A stretch of DNA of 64,000 nucleotides. Origin: a virus (lineage: Duplodnaviria > Heunggongvirae > Uroviricota > Caudoviricetes). Positions 28,201 through 36,709 of the stretch are shown in pieces (positions within the stretch are counted from its first letter, which is position 1; every line of letters starts with the position of its first letter). The stretch is from positions 137,867 through 201,866 of the IMG/VR virus record IMGVR_UViG_3300029935_000001, one strand, 5' to 3'. A model generated the notes under the pieces. That model saw nothing but the letters and a program-made list of their open reading frames with translations, did no database searches and was not told the DNA's origin. Made by a program: the position numbers and the translations under genes.

Positions 28201-28225
28201 ATTCATTTATTATGGAGTTAAATTC

Positions 28226-28465
28226 ATGGCACGCCCTTTTGACGTTTCAAAGTTCAGAAAAACAATTACTAAAGCCATCGAAGGTCTTTCGATTGGATAC
28301 AATGACCCCGATACCTGGGTGTCAACAGGCAATTACGCACTTAATTACCGCATTTCAAACGATTTCAACAAAGGCATTCCTTTAGGCAAAGTCACTGTGT
28401 TTGCTGGCGAATCTGGATGCCTTCCTGAATCTGCAAAAGTAAGAATTCGGATAAGCAATAAATAA
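28226..28465 (+). CDS. uvsX: UvsX/RecA-like recombinase N-terminal fragment plus 15-aa IntN
   Basis: ATG 28226 after GGAG; STGNYALNY.IS..KGIPLGKVTVFAGESG, then CLPESAKVRIRISNK*. Confidence 0.9.
   Translation: MARPFDVSKFRKTITKAIEGLSIGYNDPDTWVSTGNYALNYRISNDFNKGIPLGKVTVFAGESGCLPESAKVRIRISNK
28418..28462 (+). mobile_element. Split intein N-fragment (15 aa)
   Basis: Block A CLPESAKVRI inside the P-loop, then TAA. Confidence 0.85.
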
Positions 28466-28472
28466 TTTTAAC

Positions 28473-28516
28473 CCGCATTCTCCAGCATTTGTATAAATAA
28501 TGCAAGGAGAATGCGG
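28473..28516 (+). promoter_or_regulatory. RBS-sequestering hairpin with late promoter in its loop
   Basis: CCGCATTCTCC (28473-83) pairs with GGAGAATGCGG (28506-16); TATAAATA at 28492-99. Confidence 0.8.
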
Positions 28517-29616
28517 TGTTAAACAAAGAAGCGACTCGTTTTTTAAAAAGAAAGAGTGTTAAATCTATTTTAGCAGACAAGGTGTTAACTGGTATGCATT
28601 ATGCCAAGTTGAACCGACTTTTTAATAAGTTTAGGTGTAAAGAACTTGAAAATATGCATACAACTATTGCTAAGTTTGTGCTATATGATTTAAATAACTA
28701 CGAAGGAAGGCTCCGTCGTCTTGCCGGAATTCCAGGGACATCTGAATATACACAATTATTACGATACGGAAAGCACCAGTTCAGAGAAGTTTTACATTCT
28801 CAAGCTAAGCGGAAAACCTTACATTTTGCAAATACTATAGAACATTGGATAGCAAAAGGTATGACCGAAATTGAAGCAGCTAAAAAAGTAATAGAGTGTC
28901 AAAAATCAAGAAGTGCAAGATCACCTTCTGCGCAAAAAGGCGCAAATGAATATTCGCCGCGGTGTGTTGGCTTTTGGATTAAACAAGGGTTATCCGAAGA
29001 ACAGGCAAAAATAGAAGTTGGAAAAATTCAGCGCCGGCAGCATACCAACGAGAGAAATGATAGATGGCAGGCTACACTTAACTCAAAATCCGATGCCGAA
29101 AAAGAGTTAATAAACAAGAAAAAAGGGCATTCCATTGATGCATATATTCTTAGAGGACTATCGCTTAGTGACGCCATAGCAGCATCAACTAATTACTACG
29201 CAAAACGAAATAATTATTCAAAAAGTTCGCAAGTTTTCTTCGGACTATTGGAAATGGCTGTAGGACACTCGGATGTTTATTATAAAGTAAAAAATTATGA
29301 AAAACAGTTCTCTGGCAAATGTGTAGATTTTTATGATGCTCGCGCCGAAGTGGTAGTTGAATATTACGGAGATTTTTGGCATCGAAACCCAAATAGATAC
29401 GCAAGTGATTTTGTTGCATATAACAAATCATCGTCTCAAATTTGGTTAGAAGATAATATTCGAGTCTCGAGAATAATATCAGCTGGCGTTAACAAAGTTA
29501 TAATTGTGTGGGAAAGTGAAGTCTTATCAAATCCTCAAGAATGTGTTAACAAAATATTAGGAGAAATTAATGGAAATCAAAGAAGTTACAGTGAAAGAGT
29601 TAAACGAGTTATATAA
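28516..29616 (+). CDS. Free-standing Vsr-like homing endonuclease between the split-intein halves
   Basis: C-terminal VDFYD..VVVEYYGDFWH..D..R...VIIVWE; repeated W..KG helical motifs; visibly AT-rich. Confidence 0.82.
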   Translation: MLNKEATRFLKRKSVKSILADKVLTGMHYAKLNRLFNKFRCKELENMHTTIAKFVLYDLNNYEGRLRRLAGIPGTSEYTQLLRYGKHQFREVLHSQAKRKTLHFANTIEHWIAKGMTEIEAAKKVIECQKSRSARSPSAQKGANEYSPRCVGFWIKQGLSEEQAKIEVGKIQRRQHTNERNDRWQATLNSKSDAEKELINKKKGHSIDAYILRGLSLSDAIAASTNYYAKRNNYSKSSQVFFGLLEMAVGHSDVYYKVKNYEKQFSGKCVDFYDARAEVVVEYYGDFWHRNPNRYASDFVAYNKSSSQIWLEDNIRVSRIISAGVNKVIIVWESEVLSNPQECVNKILGEINGNQRSYSERVKRVI

Positions 29617-29941
29617 CTCGGGTAAATTTAATATAGAAATTGACACTCCTGATGGATTTCAGCCTGTCACTAATTGGTTTAATAAAGGCATTTTACCGAT
29701 GGTCCAAATTGAAACCGAATCGGGACTTATTACTAATTGTGCGGTTAATCACTTGCTACAACTCGACACAGGTGAATGGATCCCAGCCGGGCAATTAACC
29801 GTCGGTCAACAATTATTAACAGTCAACAGTCCCAGCGACGAAGTGACACAAGTACAAGACTCAGACGATGAAAAATGCTTTGACTTTACCGTAGACCACT
29901 TTAATCATAGGTACTGGGGTGACGGTTTTTCCAGTCACAAC
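29570..29941 (+). mobile_element. Split intein C-fragment (124 aa)
   Basis: Ends HN; Ser+1 at 29942. Confidence 0.87.
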
Positions 29942-30838
29942 TCTGGCAAGTCGTATATTTGCTCGGGTAACATTATTAAAAACGCACAAGAGCAGGGCAT
30001 CTTTGTGGTGCTGATTGACTCAGAAAACGCGCTCGATGAAGAATGGCTCAAAGCGCTCGGTGTTGACACCAGCGAAGACAAGCTGCTCAAGCTCAACATG
30101 GCTATGATTGACGACGTTGCCAAAACGATTTCGGAGTTTATGAAAGAGTATCGAGCAATGCCCGAAGGCGAATCTAAGCCCAAGGTGCTGTTCGTTATCG
30201 ACTCGCTTGGTATGCTGCTCACGCCAACCGACATTAACCAGTTTGAGGCCGGCGACCTCAAAGGCGACCTTGGCCGTAAGCCCAAAGCGCTTACTGCGTT
30301 GGTGCGCAACTGTGTGAACATGTTTGGCAGTCACAACGTAGGGATGGTAGCCACTAATCATACCTACGCAAGCCAAGACATGTTCGACCCCGATGACAAG
30401 ATCTCGGGCGGCCAAGGCTTTATCTACGCGAGCTCGATCGTAGTCGCAATGCGCAAGCTCAAGCTCAAAGAAGACGAGGACGGCAACAAGATCTCTGAGG
30501 TGCGCGGTATTCGCGCAGCGTGTAAGGTAATGAAGACACGTTACGCCAAGCCTTTCGAGTCGGTACAAGTCAAGATTCCGTACGACACAGGGATGAACCC
30601 ACATTCGGGACTAACTGACATGTTCGAAGCAATGGGTCTGCTCAAGAAAGAAGGCAACAGTTTGGTATATGTAACGTTAGATGGCGAAATTATCAAACAG
30701 TTCCGCAAAGCCTGGGAGCGAAACGACAACAACGGACTGACGAAGATAATGGAAGAAATTCCAATTCGAGAACAAATGTCCGGCACCGCAACCGAAGAGC
30801 CCGATATCATACCAGATCCCGACGAACTTGGTGAGTAA
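29570..30838 (+). CDS. uvsX: IntC (124 aa) plus UvsX/RecA-like recombinase C-terminal part
   Basis: Block B CAVNHLL, F CFDFTV, G SSHN/S; extein SGKSY..DSENALD..VIDSLG..NHTY..SGGQG. Confidence 0.92.
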   Translation: MEIKEVTVKELNELYNSGKFNIEIDTPDGFQPVTNWFNKGILPMVQIETESGLITNCAVNHLLQLDTGEWIPAGQLTVGQQLLTVNSPSDEVTQVQDSDDEKCFDFTVDHFNHRYWGDGFSSHNSGKSYICSGNIIKNAQEQGIFVVLIDSENALDEEWLKALGVDTSEDKLLKLNMAMIDDVAKTISEFMKEYRAMPEGESKPKVLFVIDSLGMLLTPTDINQFEAGDLKGDLGRKPKALTALVRNCVNMFGSHNVGMVATNHTYASQDMFDPDDKISGGQGFIYASSIVVAMRKLKLKEDEDGNKISEVRGIRAACKVMKTRYAKPFESVQVKIPYDTGMNPHSGLTDMFEAMGLLKKEGNSLVYVTLDGEIIKQFRKAWERNDNNGLTKIMEEIPIREQMSGTATEEPDIIPDPDELGE

Positions 30839-30844
30839 AAGAAA

Positions 30845-30864
30845 AAAAGGGCTTCGGCCCTTTT
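30845..30864 (+). terminator. Intrinsic terminator
   Basis: AAAAGGGC-TTCG-GCCCTTTT. Confidence 0.85.
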
Positions 30865-30884
30865 GCTATATAAGAGCATAGACA

Positions 30885-31145
30885 ATGAAAGGACATACAA
30901 TGAATCTCGATTTAGTAGTAGACACTTGGGAAGCGCTCAAGCACTATTTACACACTACCGAAATTAACGAAGCTGCTGAAGCGCTGGTTACTGTGCTAAT
31001 TGATGCGCATGGAGTAGACCCACAAGATGCGTATGACGCGTTTGAAGGGTATCCTGCAGTTCGTAAAGTGCTTGCGCACTACTTAACGCACGACGCCGAC
31101 GAAGTTGATGACGAGCTTGAAGAACTGGATTTTGAAGACGACTAA
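30885..31145 (+). CDS. Acidic hypothetical protein
   Basis: 86 aa (alternative start 30900). Confidence 0.65.
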   Translation: MKGHTMNLDLVVDTWEALKHYLHTTEINEAAEALVTVLIDAHGVDPQDAYDAFEGYPAVRKVLAHYLTHDADEVDDELEELDFEDD

Positions 31146-31603
31146 TGAGTCACTGGTATAACAAGATTACTGCTAATATAGCAGAAATCCCTAACTTCAT
31201 TACATACTACGAACATGAACTTGCAGAAGCTAAAAAAGAATGTCAAATTGCTGGCAACTTAGAGCGTGCTGCTGCTAACTTGCCTGGCATTACTGAGCAT
31301 AGATTTAACCAGCTTCAAGAAATTGAAGCTGTGTTGAATTTTTTGAATATTCAGTTGCGAAAAATTCGCCGCAAGCACTTTCAAAATTACTTAGAAAAAT
31401 ATAACCGGGCTTTGTCGAGTCGCGACGCGGAAAAATACACCGACGGCGAACAAGAAGTGATTGATTATGAAACTATTATCAATGACGTGTCGTTGGTAAG
31501 AAACAAGTTCCTTGGAGTAATCAAGGCATACGAGTCTAAAAACTTTATGCTTGGTCACGTAATACGCCTCCGCACAGCTGGTATGGAAGATATCTCATTA
31601 TGA
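31145..31603 (+). CDS. uvsY: Recombination mediator (UvsY-like)
   Basis: Coiled coil with LSSRDAEKY.DGE..V..RNKFLGVIKAYESKNF.LGHVIRLRTAGMED. Confidence 0.75.
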   Translation: MSHWYNKITANIAEIPNFITYYEHELAEAKKECQIAGNLERAAANLPGITEHRFNQLQEIEAVLNFLNIQLRKIRRKHFQNYLEKYNRALSSRDAEKYTDGEQEVIDYETIINDVSLVRNKFLGVIKAYESKNFMLGHVIRLRTAGMEDISL

Positions 31604-32370
31604 AATACACACCGTTTTCCGATTCTCAAGCAAGCCACGAGCACAGCTTAGAGACGTTAAATCTGCTCGCAGAGTATGATTCGTTTATGGAAAGCGTCGA
31701 CACCTTGGCTGACTTTGGCTGCGGCGTCGACGGTCTTGACTTAGAGTGGTGGGCCACTCGGCATACTCGTGACGACGGGGCCGACCGCACCCCGCTAAAT
31801 ATCAAGTGTACTGGAGTTGACTTAGTTGACTCTTTGCCGGTAGCAAAAAAACACAAGAACATTGTTTACCGCCGGGCAGACTTAGAAGCGCCAGCAGTCG
31901 CCCAGTCTGAGTTTGACGTGGTTTGGTGCCACAATACATTCCAGTATATACTCAACCCACTAGCAGCATTGCGGCACTGGAATACTCAGATTCGCGATAA
32001 TGGCATGCTGTGTTTGATTGTCCCGCAAACTACTAACTTAGATTTCAACCGTCAAGCGTTTGATCAATGGGACGGTCAGTACTTTAATCACACTATGGTT
32101 AGTTTGATTCATATGCTAGCAGTGAATGGGTTTGATTGCCGCAATGGCTTTTTCAAGAAAGCAGTGGGTGATCCGTGGCTTCACGCTGTGGTGTATAAAA
32201 GCGAAGTCGCGCCAATGGACCCACGTACCACTTCGTGGTTTGAGTTAGCAGAACATGAGTTGTTGCCCGAATCTGCTGTCGAAAGCCTAACTAAATACGG
32301 TTGTGTTCGTCAGCACGACTTGGTTTTGCCGTGGCTTGATAAGAACTTATCATGGTTAGGGTATGAATGA
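31600..32370 (+). CDS. SAM-dependent methyltransferase
   Basis: LADFGCG, TGVDL, FDVVWCHNTFQY, GMLCLIVP. Confidence 0.8.
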   Translation: MKYTPFSDSQASHEHSLETLNLLAEYDSFMESVDTLADFGCGVDGLDLEWWATRHTRDDGADRTPLNIKCTGVDLVDSLPVAKKHKNIVYRRADLEAPAVAQSEFDVVWCHNTFQYILNPLAALRHWNTQIRDNGMLCLIVPQTTNLDFNRQAFDQWDGQYFNHTMVSLIHMLAVNGFDCRNGFFKKAVGDPWLHAVVYKSEVAPMDPRTTSWFELAEHELLPESAVESLTKYGCVRQHDLVLPWLDKNLSWLGYE

Positions 32371-33007
32371 CGGCGACATACTTGTTGTTAAACCAGCCAC
32401 AGTTGCTAAGTCGTTAGTAGTAAGCTTTACTGGGATGGACCACGGTAAATTTAACCGATGGTCGTGGTATCAAGGGTGGCACAAACAAGAAAGCCCGCAT
32501 GCATACTGTTGCGTAAAGGACGATCGACATCACTTCTTTTTGAACACTGCCGAAGATAAAAACTATCAACAACGACTAATTAACTATATCAAGGAGCTAC
32601 AGCATCAAACCGGAGCTCGCGATATAATTACTGTCGGCTCCAGTATGGGCGGTTATGCTGCTATTGTGTATGGCAGTTGGCTTTCAGCAAAGCTAACAGT
32701 GGTGTCAAACCCACTTAACGATTTTACTAGTGCTTGTTTACACAACAGGGAACTGTGGCGTCGAAAAATTAACGAAGTAGGTTTGTATTGGAAAGACGCT
32801 AGCACAGTAATTCAGCAAAATGGACTACAGCGGCTTGAGTTATTACATGGCCGCTACCCTGCTGATGTTTCTGCGGCTGTTAATATTATTAGCGCAGCAA
32901 ATAAAAGACAAATACCAGTTGCTGTAACCGAGTTTCCTACCTTAGAGCACGAAAATTTGTTTCAGAGCAACTGGCTATACCAAAAGATACATTACAATGA
33001 CTGTTAA
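32363..33007 (+). CDS. Alpha/beta-hydrolase-fold protein
   Basis: Nucleophile elbow GSSMGGY. Confidence 0.65.
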   Translation: MNDGDILVVKPATVAKSLVVSFTGMDHGKFNRWSWYQGWHKQESPHAYCCVKDDRHHFFLNTAEDKNYQQRLINYIKELQHQTGARDIITVGSSMGGYAAIVYGSWLSAKLTVVSNPLNDFTSACLHNRELWRRKINEVGLYWKDASTVIQQNGLQRLELLHGRYPADVSAAVNIISAANKRQIPVAVTEFPTLEHENLFQSNWLYQKIHYNDC

Positions 33008-34505
33008 AATCCTTTGCTTAAAGTGGGGCACTAAGTTTGGTCCTGAATACGTCAACAATCTCTACGCAGGAATTCGTCGCAATACCACAGTTCCTTTTGA
33101 GTTCCATTGCTTTACTGACAACCCGAGTAAGCTCAACCCAGCGGTGATTACACATCCGCTACCGTTTAACACTCTTGAAGGTTGGTGGAACAAGCTGTAT
33201 CTGTTTAGCAAAGAGCTACCATTTGCGCGCGGGGATTCGATATTTTTCTTTGACCTCGACACTTTAGTAATCAGCAACATTGACCACTTTCTAAAATACA
33301 AGCCATCTCAGCTCACAGTTCTTAGAGACTTTTATACCGGATTGGCCCGCTCAATTCAAGGGCGAGATAATATTGGGTCTGGACTGATGGCCTGGCGCCA
33401 CGGCGACTACAGTAAAATCTGGGAAGAGTTCGCGCGTGATCCAGAGTCGGCAATACGAAGTGTTTACCCGCACGGCGATCAACGCTGGATCCAAAAACAC
33501 GCAAAACCACGACGATACTGGCAAGATGTATTGCCTCACACCGTGGTCAGCTTCAAGGTACATTGCCTTCAAGGCCCGCCGCCGGATGCTGCTATTGTTT
33601 GTTATCACGGCCGTCCAGCTGTTCACGAATCTCCTACTGCCCGCTTTAAGGACTGGATCTTTCACGTCACTCCGCAACCGTGGGTTTTAGACCACTGGCA
33701 CTCGGGCACAGTGCCTCCGAAGCCGCGCGTTCGGGTAGAGCAGCAACGCGAACGCCCCACGGTGGCGCCAGCCATTCACTCCACTCGCCCTACTCCTACA
33801 GTGAAGACCTATTTTGCTATGGTCCCAGCTCGGCAGATCTTTGGGTCCGTTGGGCGCTGCGGAGGCGGCCACAACACCGTGTGGGAAGATTGGACCACCG
33901 TAGGGCGTCGAGCCCGGGCTAATATCATACGCGAGTTTGAAGAAGGCATCAATCGGATTTGCGGCCACTACACCAAGCTCGAAGCCAGTATGCTTGCCGA
34001 AGGCATGCGCAACCCACTGGTTATCACTTGCGGCCAACCGTTACGGCGCACAATAAATCATATACCCCCGGAGATCCGGTCCTTAGATCAGTCACGCTGG
34101 TTGTTGCTCGAAGGCACATCCGGAGGGTCGCGCCTGTGGGTAGCACAAAAGCACGACATGGTGATCCCATGCTTTGTCAATGACCGAACTGGCCGGTTTG
34201 CTGGCGGCGAAGCTATTACCACCGTTGAACAAGCCCTGCTCAAGTATCAAGACCCGCCGGCACACCTGGCCATTAACCCAAAGCAGGGGTTGACAGAAGC
34301 CTTCGATCAGCGTAAAATAGGCTACCACCTCGGTGTGGAGTGGAGCGAGGATCGAATGGTCCAAGAGCGCGCACCAATGTGGGTGCGAGCAATGAACCGT
34401 TACGGCTACTACGTTGATCGCCTGTCGCCACAAGTTATTCAAATGCTTGCCGACGCGGGTGTTGTTCAACCAGAAAATTTAAAGAAACGGTTGACCGCAC
34501 AGTAG
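32997..34505 (+). CDS. Glycosyltransferase-like domain fused to ParB/Srx-like domain
   Basis: CLKWGTKFGPEYVN..GWWNKL.LF..FDLD..GDQ.W..C.HG.P; C-half LEASM..EGMRNPL..GGSRL..IPCFV. Confidence 0.7.
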   Translation: MTVKILCLKWGTKFGPEYVNNLYAGIRRNTTVPFEFHCFTDNPSKLNPAVITHPLPFNTLEGWWNKLYLFSKELPFARGDSIFFFDLDTLVISNIDHFLKYKPSQLTVLRDFYTGLARSIQGRDNIGSGLMAWRHGDYSKIWEEFARDPESAIRSVYPHGDQRWIQKHAKPRRYWQDVLPHTVVSFKVHCLQGPPPDAAIVCYHGRPAVHESPTARFKDWIFHVTPQPWVLDHWHSGTVPPKPRVRVEQQRERPTVAPAIHSTRPTPTVKTYFAMVPARQIFGSVGRCGGGHNTVWEDWTTVGRRARANIIREFEEGINRICGHYTKLEASMLAEGMRNPLVITCGQPLRRTINHIPPEIRSLDQSRWLLLEGTSGGSRLWVAQKHDMVIPCFVNDRTGRFAGGEAITTVEQALLKYQDPPAHLAINPKQGLTEAFDQRKIGYHLGVEWSEDRMVQERAPMWVRAMNRYGYYVDRLSPQVIQMLADAGVVQPENLKKRLTAQ

Positions 34506-34519
34506 CATCCTAGTATAAT
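34491..34519 (+). promoter_or_regulatory. Sigma70-type early promoter
   Basis: TTGACC-N17-TATAAT; CGGAGC RBS as in the 4234/5031 cassettes. Confidence 0.85.
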
Positions 34520-34554
34520 TGTTTTGTTGAGTTAAGCAAAACCGGAGCTAAAGA

Positions 34555-35550
34555 ATGTCGACTGTTCGTATCCTGAATGGCATGTATCGCAAGTTTGAAG
34601 TCATTGATCAAACTTTCCCGGTAGTCAAAGCTCCGCAACAAGGCAATAACGGTTGGTTTGTGACTGTTCAGTCCAATGGCTTTTTTGGTCCTGAGTTTGG
34701 TGTCGTGCGGGTCAAGTTCAACTCGCCCAACGACATTATCATGAACAGCTATGTCGCAGCCGGCGCTGCCGCCGAAGAAGAGACTGATGAAGAAATCATC
34801 ATTCGTATCAACAAGCGCTTTGAGATCCTTGACAAGATGACTGTAGGCGCAGTGTCGGGTGCCATCAAGGCTATGATTGTCACAGGCCCCCCGGGCGTGG
34901 GCAAGAGCTTTGGAGTCGAATACCAGCTCGAAAAATACGGCACGTTCGATCGCATCAGCAAGAACCAAGTCAAGTACGAAATTGTCAAAGGGGCGCTGAC
35001 TCCGATCGGTCTGTACCAAGTCCTGTACAAGAACTCGGACCGAAACTGCGTGCTGGTGTTCGACGATGCCGACAACATCTTCTTCGACGACATTTCCTTG
35101 AACCTGCTCAAGGCTGCGCTGGACACGTCCGATCGCCGTCGAATTTCGTGGAACGCGGAATCGCGCGCGCTGCAGGAAAACGGTATCCCTAACCAGTTCG
35201 ACTTTAAGGGTTCGGTGATCTTTATCACCAACCTGCAATTTGCGAACATCCGCTCCAAGCGCCTGCAAGACCACTTAGCTGCGCTGGAATCGCGCTGCCA
35301 CTTCGTTGACCTGACCATTAACACGGCTCGCGAAAAGATGCTGCGAATCCGCTCGGTTGTGGCCGACGGCACTATGCTTGACCGCTACGATTTCTCCGAT
35401 ACTCAACGTGCTGAGCTCGCCGAGTTTGTTGAAGAAAACGCCAACCGTTTCCGTGAAGTTTCGCTTCGCCTCGTTATTAAGTTGGCTGATTTGATGAAAA
35501 GCTTTGGCGACTCCTGGAAGGAAATGGCGCGAGTGACGTGTATGATGTAA
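34555..35550 (+). CDS. AAA+/P-loop ATPase
   Basis: GPPGVGKS; VLVFDDAD; SVIFITN; ALESRC. Confidence 0.85.
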   Translation: MSTVRILNGMYRKFEVIDQTFPVVKAPQQGNNGWFVTVQSNGFFGPEFGVVRVKFNSPNDIIMNSYVAAGAAAEEETDEEIIIRINKRFEILDKMTVGAVSGAIKAMIVTGPPGVGKSFGVEYQLEKYGTFDRISKNQVKYEIVKGALTPIGLYQVLYKNSDRNCVLVFDDADNIFFDDISLNLLKAALDTSDRRRISWNAESRALQENGIPNQFDFKGSVIFITNLQFANIRSKRLQDHLAALESRCHFVDLTINTAREKMLRIRSVVADGTMLDRYDFSDTQRAELAEFVEENANRFREVSLRLVIKLADLMKSFGDSWKEMARVTCMM

Positions 35551-35563
35551 TTTACCAAAATAC

Positions 35564-35615
35564 TTGCTTCCTTAATAGGAGCAAACTATAATAAAAGGGC
35601 GTAAACAGCCCTTTT
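35564..35615 (+). promoter_or_regulatory. Sigma70-type promoter followed by hairpin
   Basis: TTGCTT-N17-TATAAT, then AAAAGGGC-GTAAACA-GCCCTTTT. Confidence 0.7.
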
Positions 35616-35618
35616 ATT

Positions 35619-36698
35619 ATGACCAAAGAACAACTAACTGCCTGGATCGTTGCCAACTTAACGCTGAGTAGGACTGACCTAAAGTTCTTTAGCTTTGTTG
35701 CAGGCAAAGTTGCTGCTCAACAACCAATTACTACAGCACAAGATGCGCTCTGGCATCAACTGCTGCGAAAGTATTATCGTCAGCTCAGGAAAACATTTGC
35801 TGACGAAAAAATCAAGCAAGTTGAGGAAGTAGGCTGGCAGCACTTGCCAGTTCAAACTGTGCGCTTTAACAAGCTTGGCGTCGTTGATATCAACGACGTT
35901 GCGTATCTGACCATTAAGACCCCATATAATAAAGCAATCAACGCGCGGATTCAGTCCTCGTTGCTACATCATACCTTGCGGTATAATAGTTCTCTTGGCT
36001 GGTATTTTTTGTTTTCTCACGACGGCGTGAATGACTTGTTGTCGTTTGCAAACAGTGTGCTCGGCCGCAGAAATTATACCCTTAACAAAGCATTAGCCGA
36101 GTACCTCAATGCAGTGCGCAGCTTGGGCACTGCTAGTGATTGGACTCCGCAAGTACGCACAGTTGGATGTGTTAACATGGTTTCGTCGATAACAGAAACT
36201 ATGCTGGCATACCTTCCTGAGGCAACAGATCAAAGCTTGGTTGCTGCGAAACAATATTTAGATATGGGCATACAGTTGCACCCGGCGATGCGACGCAAAC
36301 TTCGGGCTAAATACGGTCGCGACCTTGCTGAGCTTACTTGTAGACGCAAACCAATGCTAGCAGTCCGATCTGGGTCGTTGCTGCGCGTGTGCGATGTTGT
36401 ATACGAGTATGCGTGTGCTCATGCTGTTAAATGTGTGGCTATCTGCACAGGTTCATTATACGAAGATACGGTACTTGAGGCCGAATACCAATCTCTTACT
36501 AGTAGACTCGAAGCATTTGGGATAACCGTACTAATAGGAATGGCCGCCGGGCAGAGCATCGGGTGTGTCCCAGCACCGGACCTGATCATGGTATCAACTG
36601 TCGTACACGCTGCGCATTACGGACCGTTTTACCCAACTGCCAAAATCATTGTAATTTCAAATCACATAACATCCACCAGGTTTATTAACTCTTTTTAA
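35619..36698 (+). CDS. Hypothetical protein
   Basis: 359-aa ORF between promoter and uvsW. Confidence 0.65.
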   Translation: MTKEQLTAWIVANLTLSRTDLKFFSFVAGKVAAQQPITTAQDALWHQLLRKYYRQLRKTFADEKIKQVEEVGWQHLPVQTVRFNKLGVVDINDVAYLTIKTPYNKAINARIQSSLLHHTLRYNSSLGWYFLFSHDGVNDLLSFANSVLGRRNYTLNKALAEYLNAVRSLGTASDWTPQVRTVGCVNMVSSITETMLAYLPEATDQSLVAAKQYLDMGIQLHPAMRRKLRAKYGRDLAELTCRRKPMLAVRSGSLLRVCDVVYEYACAHAVKCVAICTGSLYEDTVLEAEYQSLTSRLEAFGITVLIGMAAGQSIGCVPAPDLIMVSTVVHAAHYGPFYPTAKIIVISNHITSTRFINSF

Positions 36699-36709
36699 CT
36701 CTTAACTAT

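Noticed and set aside
28160-28225. Extended uvsX N-terminus given by the ORF track
   Set aside because: It runs through a 13-bp hairpin; ATG 28226 has a proper GGAG RBS.
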